A stretch of 64,000 nucleotides of DNA, taken from assembly GCA_964016885.1 (NCBI GenBank), contig CAXHJY010001514.1, forward strand, positions 1-64,000. The letters run 5' to 3'. Made by a program: the position numbers and the translations under genes. This DNA is from Eledone cirrhosa (lineage: Eukaryota). The first letter of the stretch is position 1. The number at the start of each line of letters is the position of its first letter. Below, piece by piece: positions 15,974-28,774 of this stretch. The notes under the pieces are model-generated. The model was given only the letters and a program-made list of their open reading frames with translations. It made no database searches and was not told the DNA's origin.

Positions 15974-16107
15974 GAAAGAGAGAGAGAGAGAGAGAGAGAG
16001 ATATGTATCTTTGAAGCTTATATAATTGATGTTCCGAAATAAGGGCCATTGGTATTTTTTATTGAGAAACATGATCAATACATATTTAATATGTATTGAT
16101 AGCTTTA

Positions 16108-16191
16108 CATCCAGCTGTAGAAATCAAGCCAGAATCAGTTCCCGTCCCAGCCTTGCAAGCAGGGAAAAGCGGACGTAAAATGATGATGATG

Positions 16192-16192
<1 letters not shown>
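16108..16192 (+). mobile_element. 3' fragment of the SINE family seen at 39909
   Basis: Matches 40160-40250, including the RTE-A-like tail and (tga)n. Confidence 0.85.
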
Positions 16193-16237
<45 letters not shown>

Positions 16238-16271
16238 ATATATATATGTATATATCCTCTGCCTCCTTCAC

Positions 16272-16585
16272 TGTATGAGGATGAAAAACTCAGAGCTGTA
16301 TAGGAGCATCCCAAAAGTCAGCTCAAAAGTGACACAGAGGAGACTGAGGTTAGCTGGACATGCTCACCGACATCCAGAGTTGACATTGCACTCAGTACTC
16401 CTTTGGGAGCCCCTACATGGACACACTAGAAGAGGAAGACCAAGGTTAACGTATGTTGATGCCCTAAGGACAGACACTGGTCTGTTGGAGACGCAGGACA
16501 TGGCAGCGATAATGAGGGACAGAGACCGCTGGAGAGAACTCGTCCATGGATCTCGGGAATTTTACCCGCCTTAGATAGATAGATA
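16272..16585 (+). mobile_element. 3' end of an RTE-like LINE (family C)
   Basis: RRLRLAGHAHRHPE...[21 protein letters not shown]...DRDRWR; near-identical copy at 52986-53222 (minus). Confidence 0.8.
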
Positions 16586-16589
16586 TATG

Positions 16590-16620
<31 letters not shown>

Positions 16621-16789
16621 GTATATATACACATATATATATATGTACATGTATATATACACACATATATATATGTACATATATATATGTACTACATATA
16701 TATATACATATATATATGTATATATATGTATATATATATGTATATGTATATATATATATACATATATATATATAGATATATACATATAG

Positions 16790-17065
16790 ATAGAGATATA
16801 TATAGATATATACATCATCATCATCATCACTGTTTAATAGACATTAAACAGTGATGATGATGTTGATGTATATATACATATGTATAGATATATACATCAT
16901 CATCATCATCATCACTGTTTAATAGACATTAAACAGTGATGATGATGTTGATGTATATATACATATGTATAGATATATACATCATCATCATCATCATCAC
17001 TGTTTAATAGACATTAAACAGTGATGATGATGTTGATGTATACATACATATGTATATATATATGT
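16790..17065. repeat. 85-bp palindromic unit x3, built from an RTE-type tail
   Basis: catcatcactgtttaat-agac-attaaacagtgatgatg at 16828, 16913, 16998. Confidence 0.85.
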
Positions 17066-17355
17066 ACATTGTTATATATGGGGATGGTCATGTTGTCAAT
17101 AGAAAGAAACACATGCACCTTATAATTTTCACTTTATCTTTATTGTTTGTTAAACATTCGTTTATAAAAGTTCTTTCATTGCACATTATGTGACCTCCTC
17201 AATGATTAACTATTTTATGCCTCCTATTTCTCCTGGTCTTAAACTTCTACTCCATCTTGTCTTTGTTTGTTATATATATATATAGTTATACCAAACTTGA
17301 CCCATGGACTCAGTGCTCTACCTCTACGGATATTACCTTCCAGTGTTCTACCTCT

Positions 17356-17399
<44 letters not shown>

Positions 17400-17883
17400 T
17401 TCTGCATCCTGTTCCTCTCCATATCAGAAATATCTCTGAACTTTGAACTGCTGACTTTAGCAGAGACAATAATATTTATAATTTTGTCTTAATTATTAAA
17501 TATATTTTCCAGATTGGGACTGAAGATTAATTAGTAATTAAAGGAGATGGATTGCTACTGTAAGAAACTCTAGTAATATTACTAGAGAAGAATCTATAGT
17601 AATATATCTGTACTACTACTAGTAGTAGCAGAAGCAACAATTGGCCGTTCTATCTTAGAGGCTGATACGTAATCTAAGATGAGGTAAAAGTTATCTATAT
17701 AATATCTGTTATGTCAATGCTGTGCTAATATTAGTAGTGCCAACCATTAGATAGCCTTATAATAAACTAGTAAAGAAAGCCACCCAGACTTCACTAAATG
17801 GCTCCAGATAGTCTATGACAGACAGGAAAGATGCTAGAACAGTCTTCAACATTGGGTTTGTGTCAAAAACAGAAGAACTAGAA

Positions 17884-18056
17884 TTTTCTTTTTTCTTTTT
17901 TCTTTTTTCTTTTTTCTTTTTTCTTTTTTCTTTTTTCTTTTTTCTTTTTTCTTTTTTCTTTTTTCTTTTTTCTTTTTTCTTTTTTCTTTTTTCTTTTTTC
18001 TTTTTTCTTTTTTCTTTTTTCTTTTTTCTTTTTTCTTTTTTCTTTTTTCTTTTTTC
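17884..18056. repeat. Polypyrimidine T/C tandem repeat (21-bp period)
   Basis: Seen directly; gives the FFFFLFS repeat ORF. Confidence 0.95.
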
Positions 18057-18539
18057 TCTCTAATGATATTATGTCATGTTCTCCTTGTGCTGTCAAGACA
18101 TAACTAATAGATAGAAAACTACATAGCTGTTATAATATGAGCAAATAGCAAATAATTTCAAACCTTTATGAAATATTAAACAATTTTATTTACCAAATAA
18201 GAGATATTTATGGGATTATCTTATTTGGAGAGAATAATAAAGAATTTCTTTCCTTTTTTTTCTATCAATTTGACTTCAAATTGCCTAAAACCATTCCTGT
18301 TTTTACTATAAAGTGTCTTTAACTATTTGTGATGGCACATGGCTTAATAGAGGATTGTATTCACAATCATGAGGTTGTGAGTTCAATTCCCAGGCTACTC
18401 TACTTGCTAAGCCGAGGATGTCTGGGATCTTATCGTTCCTTCCTCGATGTATATTTATCTAAAAACCTTCCATCATAATTTTATGTAAGAACCTTTGTTA
18501 AGTTATGTTCCAAATACCAAATAAATAATGACTTAGAAA

Positions 18540-18945
18540 TAATTGAGACACATGGCCAGCAATGTAGGGAGGGGGAAGTCAATTCTATAGAATCTAGTAC
18601 TTGACTGGTGATTTATTTGCCTCGGAATGGTGAAAAACAAAATCTACCTCGGTAAATAGGGCAAAATATTTGTCTGGTGCTCTACCGATCCTACTAAGTC
18701 ACCACTCTCAAACACCGGCTTAATAATGCTTTCTGATTTAGGCACAAGGCCAACAATTTTGGTGGGAGGGGAAAGTCGATTAAATTGACCCCAGTGCATT
18801 ACTGGTACTTTACTTTACCGACCCCGTAAGGGTGAAAGGCAAAACTAACCTTGGCAGGATTTTAATTCAGAAAATAAAGGGAGGTAACTATATGCTGCAA
18901 AGCATGTTGCCTGATGCTCTACCGACTCTGCCAATCCACCTCCCT
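18540..18945 (-). mobile_element. Two adjacent degenerate copies of a tRNA-derived SINE with Nin-like core
   Basis: Reverse complement of 48655-48847 motifs (ggcacaaggcca, ccagtgcattactggtactt, gaaaggcaaa). Confidence 0.7.
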
Positions 18946-19164
18946 AAACACCAGCTTAATAATGAGAATACTAATTACATAACTAAATCTCTCTAAAATC
19001 TTGATTATTCTGAAAATTAATTGAAAATGATAGGCATTCAAAATATGGTAGAAGAATGATTAACCCTTCTTCTTCTTTTTCTTCTTTTTCTTCTTTTTCT
19101 TCTTTTTCTTCTTTTTCTTCTTTTTCTTCTTTTTCTTCTTTTTCTTCATCTTCTTCTTCTTGAG

Positions 19165-19345
19165 AAGGTTGTGGGGGCAGAGTCCTCAAACACTCCTTCC
19201 AGTGGGTCCTGTCAGAAGCAACCATCTCCAACTGATCTGGCTGGATCTCCAAGCATGACCAGCCAAGCTCATGGATGTTATCCAACCAGCCAAGCTCATG
19301 GTCAACCCCTGGCTCTCCTGCTGGTTGGTTATGCCTGTAAAATCT
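19165..19345 (-). mobile_element. RTE-like LINE 3' remnant (family D)
   Basis: DNIHELGWSCLEIQPDQLEMVASDRTHWKECLRTLPPQPS; homologous to 58690-59165. Confidence 0.7.
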
Positions 19346-19797
19346 GTATTAACCCTTTCTAATGAAATACACTATATTTGTATTAATAAAGAAGTTGAAG
19401 AGATTTGCTAAAATTAATGATTATATTTTACTACAATTGTATTTATAACAACATTTTTATATCAAATTTTGTTGAAAGGTTTTTAACTAAAATAGAAACT
19501 CTTTAAATTGGATGATTGTGTTTCATTGAACAAGAGGTAGGTTGGACAGCTTGGTATCAAAAGAGTTTAACATTTTCTACAGTTGCCAAACTTAGTTGTT
19601 TATTTAACAAAGAAATGAGGGAGGAAACAATTTGCTGCATCATATTATATGTTGGTTATTTACAACTTTTATTAAGAAAAACAAACAAACATGGCAAAGA
19701 AATGCTAAATAAAACATTGAAAATAATTCAGACATCTTAAGTAAAAACAGCCTCCATGAAGTTTGCAGTGCAAATGATAAACAGATGTTTCTTGTAG

Positions 19798-19844
19798 AAA
19801 GCAAGATAAGAGAAAAGGCTGTGCCCTTTCAAAGATTGATCATG
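19798..19844 (+). CDS. Candidate 47-bp host-gene micro-exon
   Basis: tttcttgtAG acceptor, ATG|GTAAGT donor; open frame SKIREKAVPFQRLIM is phase-compatible with 23833-23900. Confidence 0.3.
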
Positions 19845-19974
19845 GTAAGTTAATAAAATATCCTAAAAAAAGATAAGATTGAAAATAGGAACTGAAATTG
19901 TAAGAACATCTACTGAAAAATATCGTTTTTGTCAAAGACATTAATATGGTTTCTCTGAAGAATCCTTGTCATCA

Positions 19975-20900
19975 TCTGCTCTGTTGATCTGATCTGTTGA
20001 TCTGATCTGTTGATCTGATCTGTTGATCTGGTGTACTGATCTGGTGTGTTGATCTGGTGTACTGATCTGGTGTACTGATCTGGTGTACTGATCTGGTGTA
20101 CTGATTTGGTGTACTGATCTGGTGTGTTGATCAGGTGTGTTGATCTGGTGTACTGATCTGGTGTACTGATCTGGTCTGTTGATCTAGTGTAATGATCTGG
20201 TGTACTGATCTGGTGTGTTAATCTGGTGTGTTGATCTGGTGTACTGATCTGGTGTACTGATTTGGTGTACTGATCTGGTCTGTTGATCTGGTGTGTTGAT
20301 CTGGTGTACTGATCTGGTCTGTTGATCTGGTCTGTTGATCTGGTGTAATGATCTCATGTGTTAATCTGGTGTAATGATCTGGTGTGTTGATCTGGTGTAC
20401 TGATCTGATGTATTGATCTGGTGTGTTGATCTGGTCTGTTGATCTCATGTGTTGATCTGGTGTACTGATCTGGTATACTGATCTGGTGTGTTGATCTGGT
20501 GTGTTGATCTGGTGTACTGATCTGGTGTACTGATCTGGTGTACTGATCTGGTGTGTTGATCTGGTGTGTTGATCTGGTGTGTTGATCTGGTGTGTTGATC
20601 TGGTGTACTGATCTGGTGTACTGATCTGGTGTACTGATCTGGTGTACTGATCTGGTCTGTTGATCTGGTGTAATGATCTGGTCTGTTGATCTGGTGTGTT
20701 GATCTGGTGTATTGATCTGGTGTACTGATCTGGTCTGTTGATCTGGTGTAATGATCTGGTGTGTTGATCTGGTGTACTGATCTGATGTGTTGATCTGGTG
20801 TAATGATCTGATGTGTTGATCTGGTCTGTTGATCTGGTCTGTTGATCTGGTCTGTTGATCTAGTGTACTGATCTGGTCTGTTGATCTGATGTAATGATCA
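19975..20900. repeat. 13-bp minisatellite (tgatctggtgtac / tgatctggtgtgt)
   Basis: Seen directly; abuts the RTE remnant at 20905. Confidence 0.95.
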
Positions 20901-20904
20901 GTAT

Positions 20905-21262
20905 ACCAGAACTCATGGATGTTATCCAACCATTTTGCTCAGGGTCTACCCCTGGGTTCCCTAGCGTTTGGTTTTTGCCTGTAAAATCTGTCCAACAATT
21001 CTTTCCTGAAACATTCTAACCACATGTCCATAGTATTGGAACTGTGATTTCTTAATTCAGAGAAGTAACAGCTCTACCTCGAGTGACTCTCTGATCTCCG
21101 AGCTACACTCTATCAAGTGACGTTACTCCAAAGACCCTTCGGAGGAACCCCATTTCGGCCACTTGTAGTCGCGATCGTATTCTTTCAGTCATTATCCAAG
21201 ATTCATGACCATAGGTAAGGGTTGGAACAAATACCAAATTGAAGATAGCAAGTTTGACTTTT
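20905..21262 (-). mobile_element. RTE-like LINE remnant (family D)
   Basis: Reverse complement of 58700-59045 (ctcatggatgttatcca, ccaaagacccttcggaggaaccc). Confidence 0.7.
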
Positions 21263-21394
21263 ACACCTACCTCCCTTCTTCTGTCATAATTTTATGTAAG
21301 AACTCATGTTAAGTTCCAAACACCAGCTTAAAAATGATAAAGTTATATTTCCCAAATTCTTGATTATTTTCAATATTATTAAAAGATCAAAGGC

Positions 21395-23290
21395 ATTAGA
21401 AATATGGTAATTAAAGGGTTAATGACATAGACAGTGTCTTTCATTAGAAATATGGTAATGAAAGAGTTAATGACATAGACAGTGTCTTTCATTAGAAATA
21501 TGGTAATGAAAGAGTTAATGACATAGACAGTGTCTTTTATTAGAAATATGGTAATGAAAGGGCTAATGACATAGACAGTGTCTTTCATTAGAAATATGGT
21601 AATGAAATGGTTAATGACATAGACAGTGTCTTTCATTAGAAATATGGTAATGAAAGGGTTAATGACATAGACAGTGTCTTTCATTAGAAATATGGTAATT
21701 AAAGGGTTAATGACATAGGTAGTGTCTTTCATTAGAAATATGGTAATGAAAGGGTTAATGACATAGACAGTGTCTTTCATTAGAAATATAGTAATTAAAG
21801 GGTTAAAGACATAGACAGTGTCTTTCATTAGAAATATGTTAATGAAAGGGTTAATGACATAGTCAGTGTCTTTCATTAGAAATATGGTAATTAAAGGGTT
21901 AATGACATAGACAGTGTCTTTCATTAGAAATAGGGTAATGAAAGGGTTAATGACATGGACAGTGTCTTTCATTAGTAATATGGTAATGAAAGGGTTAATG
22001 ACATAGACAGTGTCTTTCATTAGAAATATGGTAATTAAAGGGTTAATGACATAGACAGTGTCTTTCATTGGAAATATGGTAATGAAAGGGTTAATGACAT
22101 AGACAGTCTCTTTCATTGGAAATATGTTAATGCAAGGGTTAATGACATAGACAGTGTCTTTCATTAGAAATATGGTAATACAAGGGTTAATGACATAGAC
22201 AGTGTCTTTCATTAGAAATATGGTGACGAAAGGGTTAATGACATAGGTAGTGTCTTTCATTAGAAATATGGTAATGAAAGGGTTAATGACATAGGTAGTG
22301 TCTTTCATTGGAAATATGGTAATGCAAGGGTTAATGACATAGGTAGTGTCTTTCATTGGAAATATGGTAATGCAAGGGTTAATGACATAGACAGTGTCTT
22401 TCATTAGAAATATGGTAATGCAAGGGTTAATGACATAGACAGTGTCTTTCATTAGAAATATGGTAATGCAAGGGTTAATGACATAGACAGTGTCTTTCAT
22501 TAGAAATATGGTAATGCAAGGGTTAATGACATAGACAGTGTCTTTCATTAGAAATATAGTAATGAAAGGGTTAATGACATAGGTAGTGTCTTTCATTGGA
22601 AATATGGTAATGCAAGGGTTAATGACATAGGTAGTGTCTTTCATTGGAAATATGGTAATGCAAGGGTTAATGACATAGACAGTGTCTTTCATTAGAAATA
22701 TGGTAATGCAAGGGTTAATGACATAGACAGTGTCTTTCATTAGAAATATGGTAATGCAAGGGTTAATGACATAGACAGCGTCTTTCATTAGAAATATGGT
22801 AATGAAAGGGTTAATGACATAGGTAGTGTCTTTCATTGGAAATATGGTAATGCAAGGGTTAATGACATAGGTAGTGTCTTTCATTGGAAATATGGTAATG
22901 CAAGGGTTAATGACATAGACAGTGTCTTTCATTAGAAATATGGTAATGCAAGGGTTAATGACATAGACAGTGTCTTTCATTAGAAATATGGTAATGAAAG
23001 GGTTAATGACATAGACAGTGTCTTTCATTAGAAATATGGTAATGCAAGGGTTAATGACATAGACAGTGTCTTTCATTAGAAATATGGTAATGCAAGGGTT
23101 AATGACATAGACAGTGTCTTTCATTAGAAATATGGTAATGCAAGGGTTAATGATATAGACAGTGTCTTTCATTAGAAATATGGTAATGCAAGGGTTAATG
23201 ATATAGACAGTGTCTTTCATTAGAAATATGGTAATGAAAGGGTTAATGACATAGGTAGTGTCTTTCATTGGAAATATGGTAATGCAAAGG
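21395..23290. repeat. 48-bp minisatellite, about 39 copies, containing the MITE right terminus
   Basis: ttcattagaaatatggtaatgaaagggTTAAtgacatagacagtgtct; explains the 653-aa repeat ORF. Confidence 0.95.
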
Positions 23291-23544
23291 TCAATCCATT
23301 TTCTCTTTGTTCCAGTTTCATCCATATTTAGTATATGCACATATACACACTTGTCTGTAAGTATTCATCTTTGAACCATCCTCACAATACCAACAACCCT
23401 GTCCTCATGATAAAATCTTCATTAAATGTTATATGAAAGGTAGAAATATTTCACTTCACCGGGATTTATTTTGATTGATCTTTCAAATGATCTCAAGTCA
23501 TATTGTATTTTAAGGTTACTCGCACCATATTGTATATGGTCAGT

Positions 23545-23770
23545 TGTTAGCTGTCGAGACACTTGCATCCTTTAAAACCTCCATGTTTCCTGAGATTCGC
23601 CAACACTACACCTGATATCCCCCTCCATATACATATGCACACATGTATTTCATGACTCATACACTGTTCATTTTCCTGACATTTGTACATTATTCTATGT
23701 ACTATACATGCACCTTTGATGAGTTGTAGTGCACCTGAGCACTGTACACAATTATTATTATTATTATTTA
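23545..23770 (+). mobile_element. 3' end of an interspersed retroelement with (att)n tail
   Basis: Highly similar second copy at 47784-48010 (gttagctgtcgagacac...gtagtgcacctgagcact). Confidence 0.75.
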
Positions 23771-23832
23771 AGTATCTCAGACCATACTGTGTAATAAGAT
23801 TACTCAGACGATATTTTTTTAGTTTTCTTCAG

Positions 23833-23900
23833 GAAGCTGATGTTAAGTCAGTCTACCCTATCCCAAGCTACTGGAACGTAGGAGAAGACAACATGGAAGG
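23833..23900 (+). CDS. Candidate 68-bp host-gene exon
   Basis: ttttcttcAG acceptor and GG|GTAAGT donor; open frame EADVKSVYPIPSYWNVGEDNME(G); product not recognised. Confidence 0.4.
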
Positions 23901-23960
23901 GTAAGTAAATTCCACTTCTTAGATTTTTCATTTATTTATTTCTTCTTTTTTAATTTGTTG

Positions 23961-24170
23961 TCATCATCATCATCACTTTTTAATGACCATTTCTCCATGC
24001 TAGCATGGGTTAGACAAGTTGTCCTGTTGTGAGACAAGCCAGGTCAGATTATCATGTCTTGTTCATACAGAACTGTTTCTGGCTTGGTTTCTACGGCTGG
24101 ATACCCTGCCTAACATCAATCATATTTACAGTGTGGACTGGACACTGTCTGTCATGACACCTACAAGACC
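23961..24170 (-). mobile_element. RTE-type 3' UTR fragment related to 53743-53960
   Basis: catcatc tail, ccatgctagcatgggttagac, ctggcttggtttctacggctggata. Confidence 0.75.
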
Positions 24171-25280
24171 ACTTTGCAGTGTGGACTGGGCACTGTCTGT
24201 CATGACACCTACTTGACTACTTTACAGTGTGGACTGGACACTGTCTGTCATGACACCTACTTGACCACTTTACAGTGTGGACTGGACACTGTCTGTCATG
24301 ACACCTACATGACCACTTTACAGTGTGGACTGGGCACTGTCTGTCATGACACCTACATGACCACTTTACAGTGTGGACTGGACACTATGTCATGACACCT
24401 ATACAACCACTTTACAGTGTGGACTGGACACTGTCTGTCATGACACCTATACAACCACTTTACAGTGTGGACTGGACACTGTCTGTCATGACACCTATAC
24501 AACCACTTTACAGTGTGGACTGGACACTATCTGTCATGACACCTATACAACCACTTTACAGTGTGGACTGGACACTGTCTGTCATGACACCTATACAACC
24601 ACTTTACAGTGTGGACTGGACACTATCTGTCATGACACCTATACAACCACTTTACAGTGTGGACTGGACACTGTCTGTCATGACACCTATACAACCACTT
24701 TACAGTGTGGACTGGACACTGTCTGTCATGACACCTATACAACCACTTTACAGTGTGGACTGGACACTATCTGTCATGACACCTACATGACCACTTTACA
24801 GTGTGGACTGGGCACTATCTGTTGTGACACCTACAAGAGCACTTTACAGTGTGGACTGGGCACTATCTGTTGTGACACCTACAAGACCACTTTACAGTGT
24901 GGACTGGACACTATCTGTCATGACACCTATACAACCACTTTACAGTGTGGACTGGGCACTATCTGTCATGACACCTACATGACCACTTTACAGTGTGGAC
25001 TGGACACTATCTGTCATGACACCTATACAACCACTTTACAGTGTGGACTGGGCACTATCTGTTGTGACACCTACAAGAGCACTTTACAGTGTGGACTGGG
25101 CACTATCTGTTGTGACACCTACAAGACCACTTTACAGTGTGGACTGGACACTGTCTGTCATGACACCTACATGACCACTTTACAGTGGGGACTGGGTACT
25201 ATCTGTTGTGACACCTACATGACCACTTTACAGTGGGGACTGGGTACTATCCGTCATGACACCTACATGACGACTTTAAA
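24124..25280. repeat. 48-bp minisatellite, about 24 copies, grown out of the RTE 3' UTR
   Basis: tttacagtgtggactggacactgtctgtcatgacacctatacaaccac; period 48. Confidence 0.95.
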
Positions 25281-25644
25281 GTATTATGTGTTACCTGTGA
25301 TGCAATAAATAACTTTCTGTCCTTGGTCTGTAGAAAATGTGTTTGTTTCATTCACTCTGTAATAATCAACTATCTTTTTTAAACTCACAAAACACAGCCA
25401 GTCCACCCTGTAAGGTGGTAGTACAGATGCTACTAAAAAAGCTCCCAGTTCATTGTTGTTGGTATTAGGAATGGCATCCAACCATAGAAAACCTGTTGGT
25501 CAAATGTGGTACCTGTGGTTCTTCTATATATGTCTGTACACCTTTGTTGTTATTGTTGGTCAAATATGGTGTGACTGTTCTAAGTTTGTGCATTACATCT
25601 GAGTGTGTCATATTGAGTATGAGTGCTGGCTGTAAGGAAGGAAA

Positions 25645-25960
25645 CACTAAGTGTGGGTTAGAGGGTTGAGATCACAATCATAAGGTTTGGATCTCTGACC
25701 AGGTCGTGTGTTGTGTCCCTCAGCAAGATACTTTATTTCACATTGTTCCAGTTTACTCCACTGTAGAAATGAGTTGTGATATCACTGGGGCCAAGCTATA
25801 TCAGCCATTGCTTTTCTCTTGGACAACATCAGTGGTATGGAGAAGGAAGGCTGGTATCCATGGGCAAATGATGGTTTCCATAAACACCAAGGACACAATG
25901 AGAATCAAACTCACAACCTCCCAATTGCAAACTTAATAAACATTAAGCCTTGTGCCCTCA
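25645..25960. mobile_element. Degenerate tRNA-SINE pieces: plus-strand head and core, then minus-strand head
   Basis: cagcaagatactttatttcacattgttccagtttactc matches 40000-40040; aactcacaacc is a reversed B-box region. Confidence 0.6.
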
Positions 25961-26497
25961 TCACTTTATAATATATTAATATATGTATATAATAAATCCT
26001 TGAAAGTCTAAATAATATTAAGTCTAAGAAAATATATAAAACATTGTTTTCCAAAGTTATATGGAGAGGGAAGGTCTGTTAGTTTATTCAGACTGGGTGG
26101 ACATTTCTTTCATACATAATTGTATGGGGTGTATGTATATATATATGTGTGTGTGTGTGTTGTATATATATATATATGTGTGTGTGTTGTATTTATATAC
26201 GTGTGTGTTTATATACATATGTGTTATATATATATATATGTGTGTGTGTGTGTATGTGTTTATATATGTACTTACAGTAAACATATTGACTAATTGGGGT
26301 TGTGTATGCAGTGCACCAATCAGTGAATAATGATGTAGTCTGGTTTAAGCACTCAACGTTATGTATTTTCTTCCAAATGTGATTAGTCAGTCAGTGACGA
26401 AGTATATGTGGAATAAGGAAAATCCAAATTTCAGTATTAAAGAAGATTTCACTATTTGTAGCCAAATCAATAACTTTGTTGAAGCATCTTTGTTGAT

Positions 26498-26768
26498 TTG
26501 ATGATGGTGGGGATGATGAAGATGATGGTGGTGATGGTGATGGTGGTGTTGATGGTGGTGGTGATGGTGGCGGTGGTGGTGTTGATGTTGATGGTGATGA
26601 TGGTGGTAATGATGATGATGTCGATGGTGATGTTGATGGTGATAATGATGATGGGTATGATGATGATGTTGATAATGATGATGTTGATTATAATGATGAT
26701 GTTGATGATGATGATTATAATGATGAGGATGATGATGATGATTATAATGATGTTGATGATGATGGTGA
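26498..26768. repeat. (GAT/GGT)n trinucleotide tract
   Basis: Seen directly. Confidence 0.95.
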
Positions 26769-27084
26769 CAGAAAGTTTTCAATTTCATCCATTGTATTTT
26801 ATGGTAAGTTTTCTTTTAATTTTTAGTAGTTTTTTAAGAAAAAAAAATGTTTTCTTCCTTTCTAAAAGTAGCGATATGTTGGGCAGTTGTAAGAAATGGC
26901 AGTATTCAATAGTTTAGCTCAGCATGGGATATGTCAAAGAGGTATGTCAAACAACAATCAACTTATTAAACCATTACACAACAACAACAGCTTATTGAGG
27001 CTTGTTTGTCGCAGGAATTTCATATGCAGAAGGTTAACTCGAAACAATTAGAAACGATTTTATTTATTTTTATTATCATTATTT

Positions 27085-27130
<46 letters not shown>

Positions 27131-27846
27131 CATTAAAAAATAAATAAATAAAATTAAATTTAAAAAAAAATAAAAATAAATAATAATGATTATTATTATT
27201 ATTATCATTATCAGATATTCTATTTCTATAAAGATTTATTTCAGTGAAAAATCTAAATTCTTTACAATTTCCAAAAGATTTCCTGCAATTTTTAAAAATT
27301 TTCTGCTCAGTTTATTCTGAGTGAATGCAACCATGAAATTTAGACTAACTTCAATTTTACTTTAGTTTTCTGCCTTGTTGAACCATTTCTATATGTGTGT
27401 AAGGAGAGAGAGAGACTGGTGTATTTACCTAGCATTGTCAGTAACAGGCCGAGACATATGTCAACTCGTTAGGAATGGGATGGGGTGAATAATTAAAGCC
27501 ATTATAAGACTATTCTAGAATAAAAGGGTCAGAGTTGAAGCGTACTTGCTAACCTATCCTATTGCTAATAGGGATTACTTAGAATTTATACATTGAATTT
27601 GAATGACAAAACTATATTCACATTATTATAACAATTGTCTTGATGTAAGGAAGAAGATAAACAAAGATTTTGATAAGAAATCAGGTAAATAAAGGTGTAT
27701 ATCTTATTATTTATAAACTAAACTTATTTAAATGATTAGAATTATTTTTAAACATCAGCAACTTTAAAGAAAATGCTGTGATATTACATACAATTGAGAA
27801 GGAGAAGGTTTGTGTATGTTGGGATGATGATGATGAAGTTATTTTA

Positions 27847-28210
27847 TTAACCCTTTAGTTACCAACCTGATCAAAACCAGCTCTGGTTCTATGAAATAAA
27901 ACCACCCATTTTAACCCTTTAGTTACCAACCCAGCCAAAACCAGCTTTGGTTCTATGAAATAAAACCACCCATTTTAACCCTTTAGTTACCAACCTGACC
28001 AAAACCAGCTTTGGTTCTATGAAATAAAACCTCCCATTTTAAAGGTTTCCAATTTAAATTAAAATCTTCCAACATAATTGTATATAAGAACCTTACATTA
28101 AGTTACTATCTTAGTAATGAAATATTTAATAATTTTAGTAAATCCCTCAAAATTCATCCTTAATTAAAACAGAGTGTATTTCATTAGAAATGGTGTCGTG
28201 AAAGGGTTAA
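27847..28210 (+). mobile_element. TTAA-flanked piggyBac-like MITE, left 64 bp x3
   Basis: TTAA-cccttt ... aaaggg-TTAA termini. Confidence 0.78.
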
Positions 28211-28529
28211 ATAAATCTATAACCCTTTCTTAACCATATTTATAGTGGAAGACACTGTATTTTCAAATCAGTTTGAAAAATGATCAAGAATTTGGAGGGA
28301 TTTAGAAACATAACTATCTTTCTCATTATTAAACTAGAGTTTGGGACATAACTTAACAAAGGTATCTTACATAAAGTTATGATAGGTTTTTAGATGAATA
28401 TAAATATTTAGAAATAAACAAAAAAAAACGTTGTAACATAGAACCTGGGGTGGTTTCATTGGTAACCAAAAGTATTAAATGTTTCAATGGTTGAAAAATG
28501 GAGGAGAAGCAAAATTATTTTGATTATCA

Positions 28530-28774
28530 TCTCCACTCCATTGTCACTCCTGTTGGAAGAACCCCTCCCTGTTGACCTCCGCACTCCATTGTCACTCCTG
28601 TTGGAGGAACCCCTCCCTGTTGACCTCCGCACTCCATTGTCACTCCTGTTGGAAGAACCCCTCCCTGTTGACCTCCGCACTCCATTGTCACTCCTGTTGG
28701 AAGAACCCCTCCCTGTTGACCTCCGCACTCCATTGTCACTCCTGTTGGAAGAACCCCTCCCTGTTGACCTCCGT
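28530..28774. repeat. 48-bp minisatellite x5
   Basis: ctccgcactccattgtcactcctgttggaagaacccctccctgttgac. Confidence 0.95.

Noticed and set aside
21379-23340. 653-aa ORF
   Set aside because: Translation of the 48-bp satellite, which has no stop in one frame; no protein-like complexity
24373-25308. Cys/His-rich 311-aa ORF resembling a metal-binding repeat protein
   Set aside because: 48-bp satellite contiguous with an RTE 3' UTR
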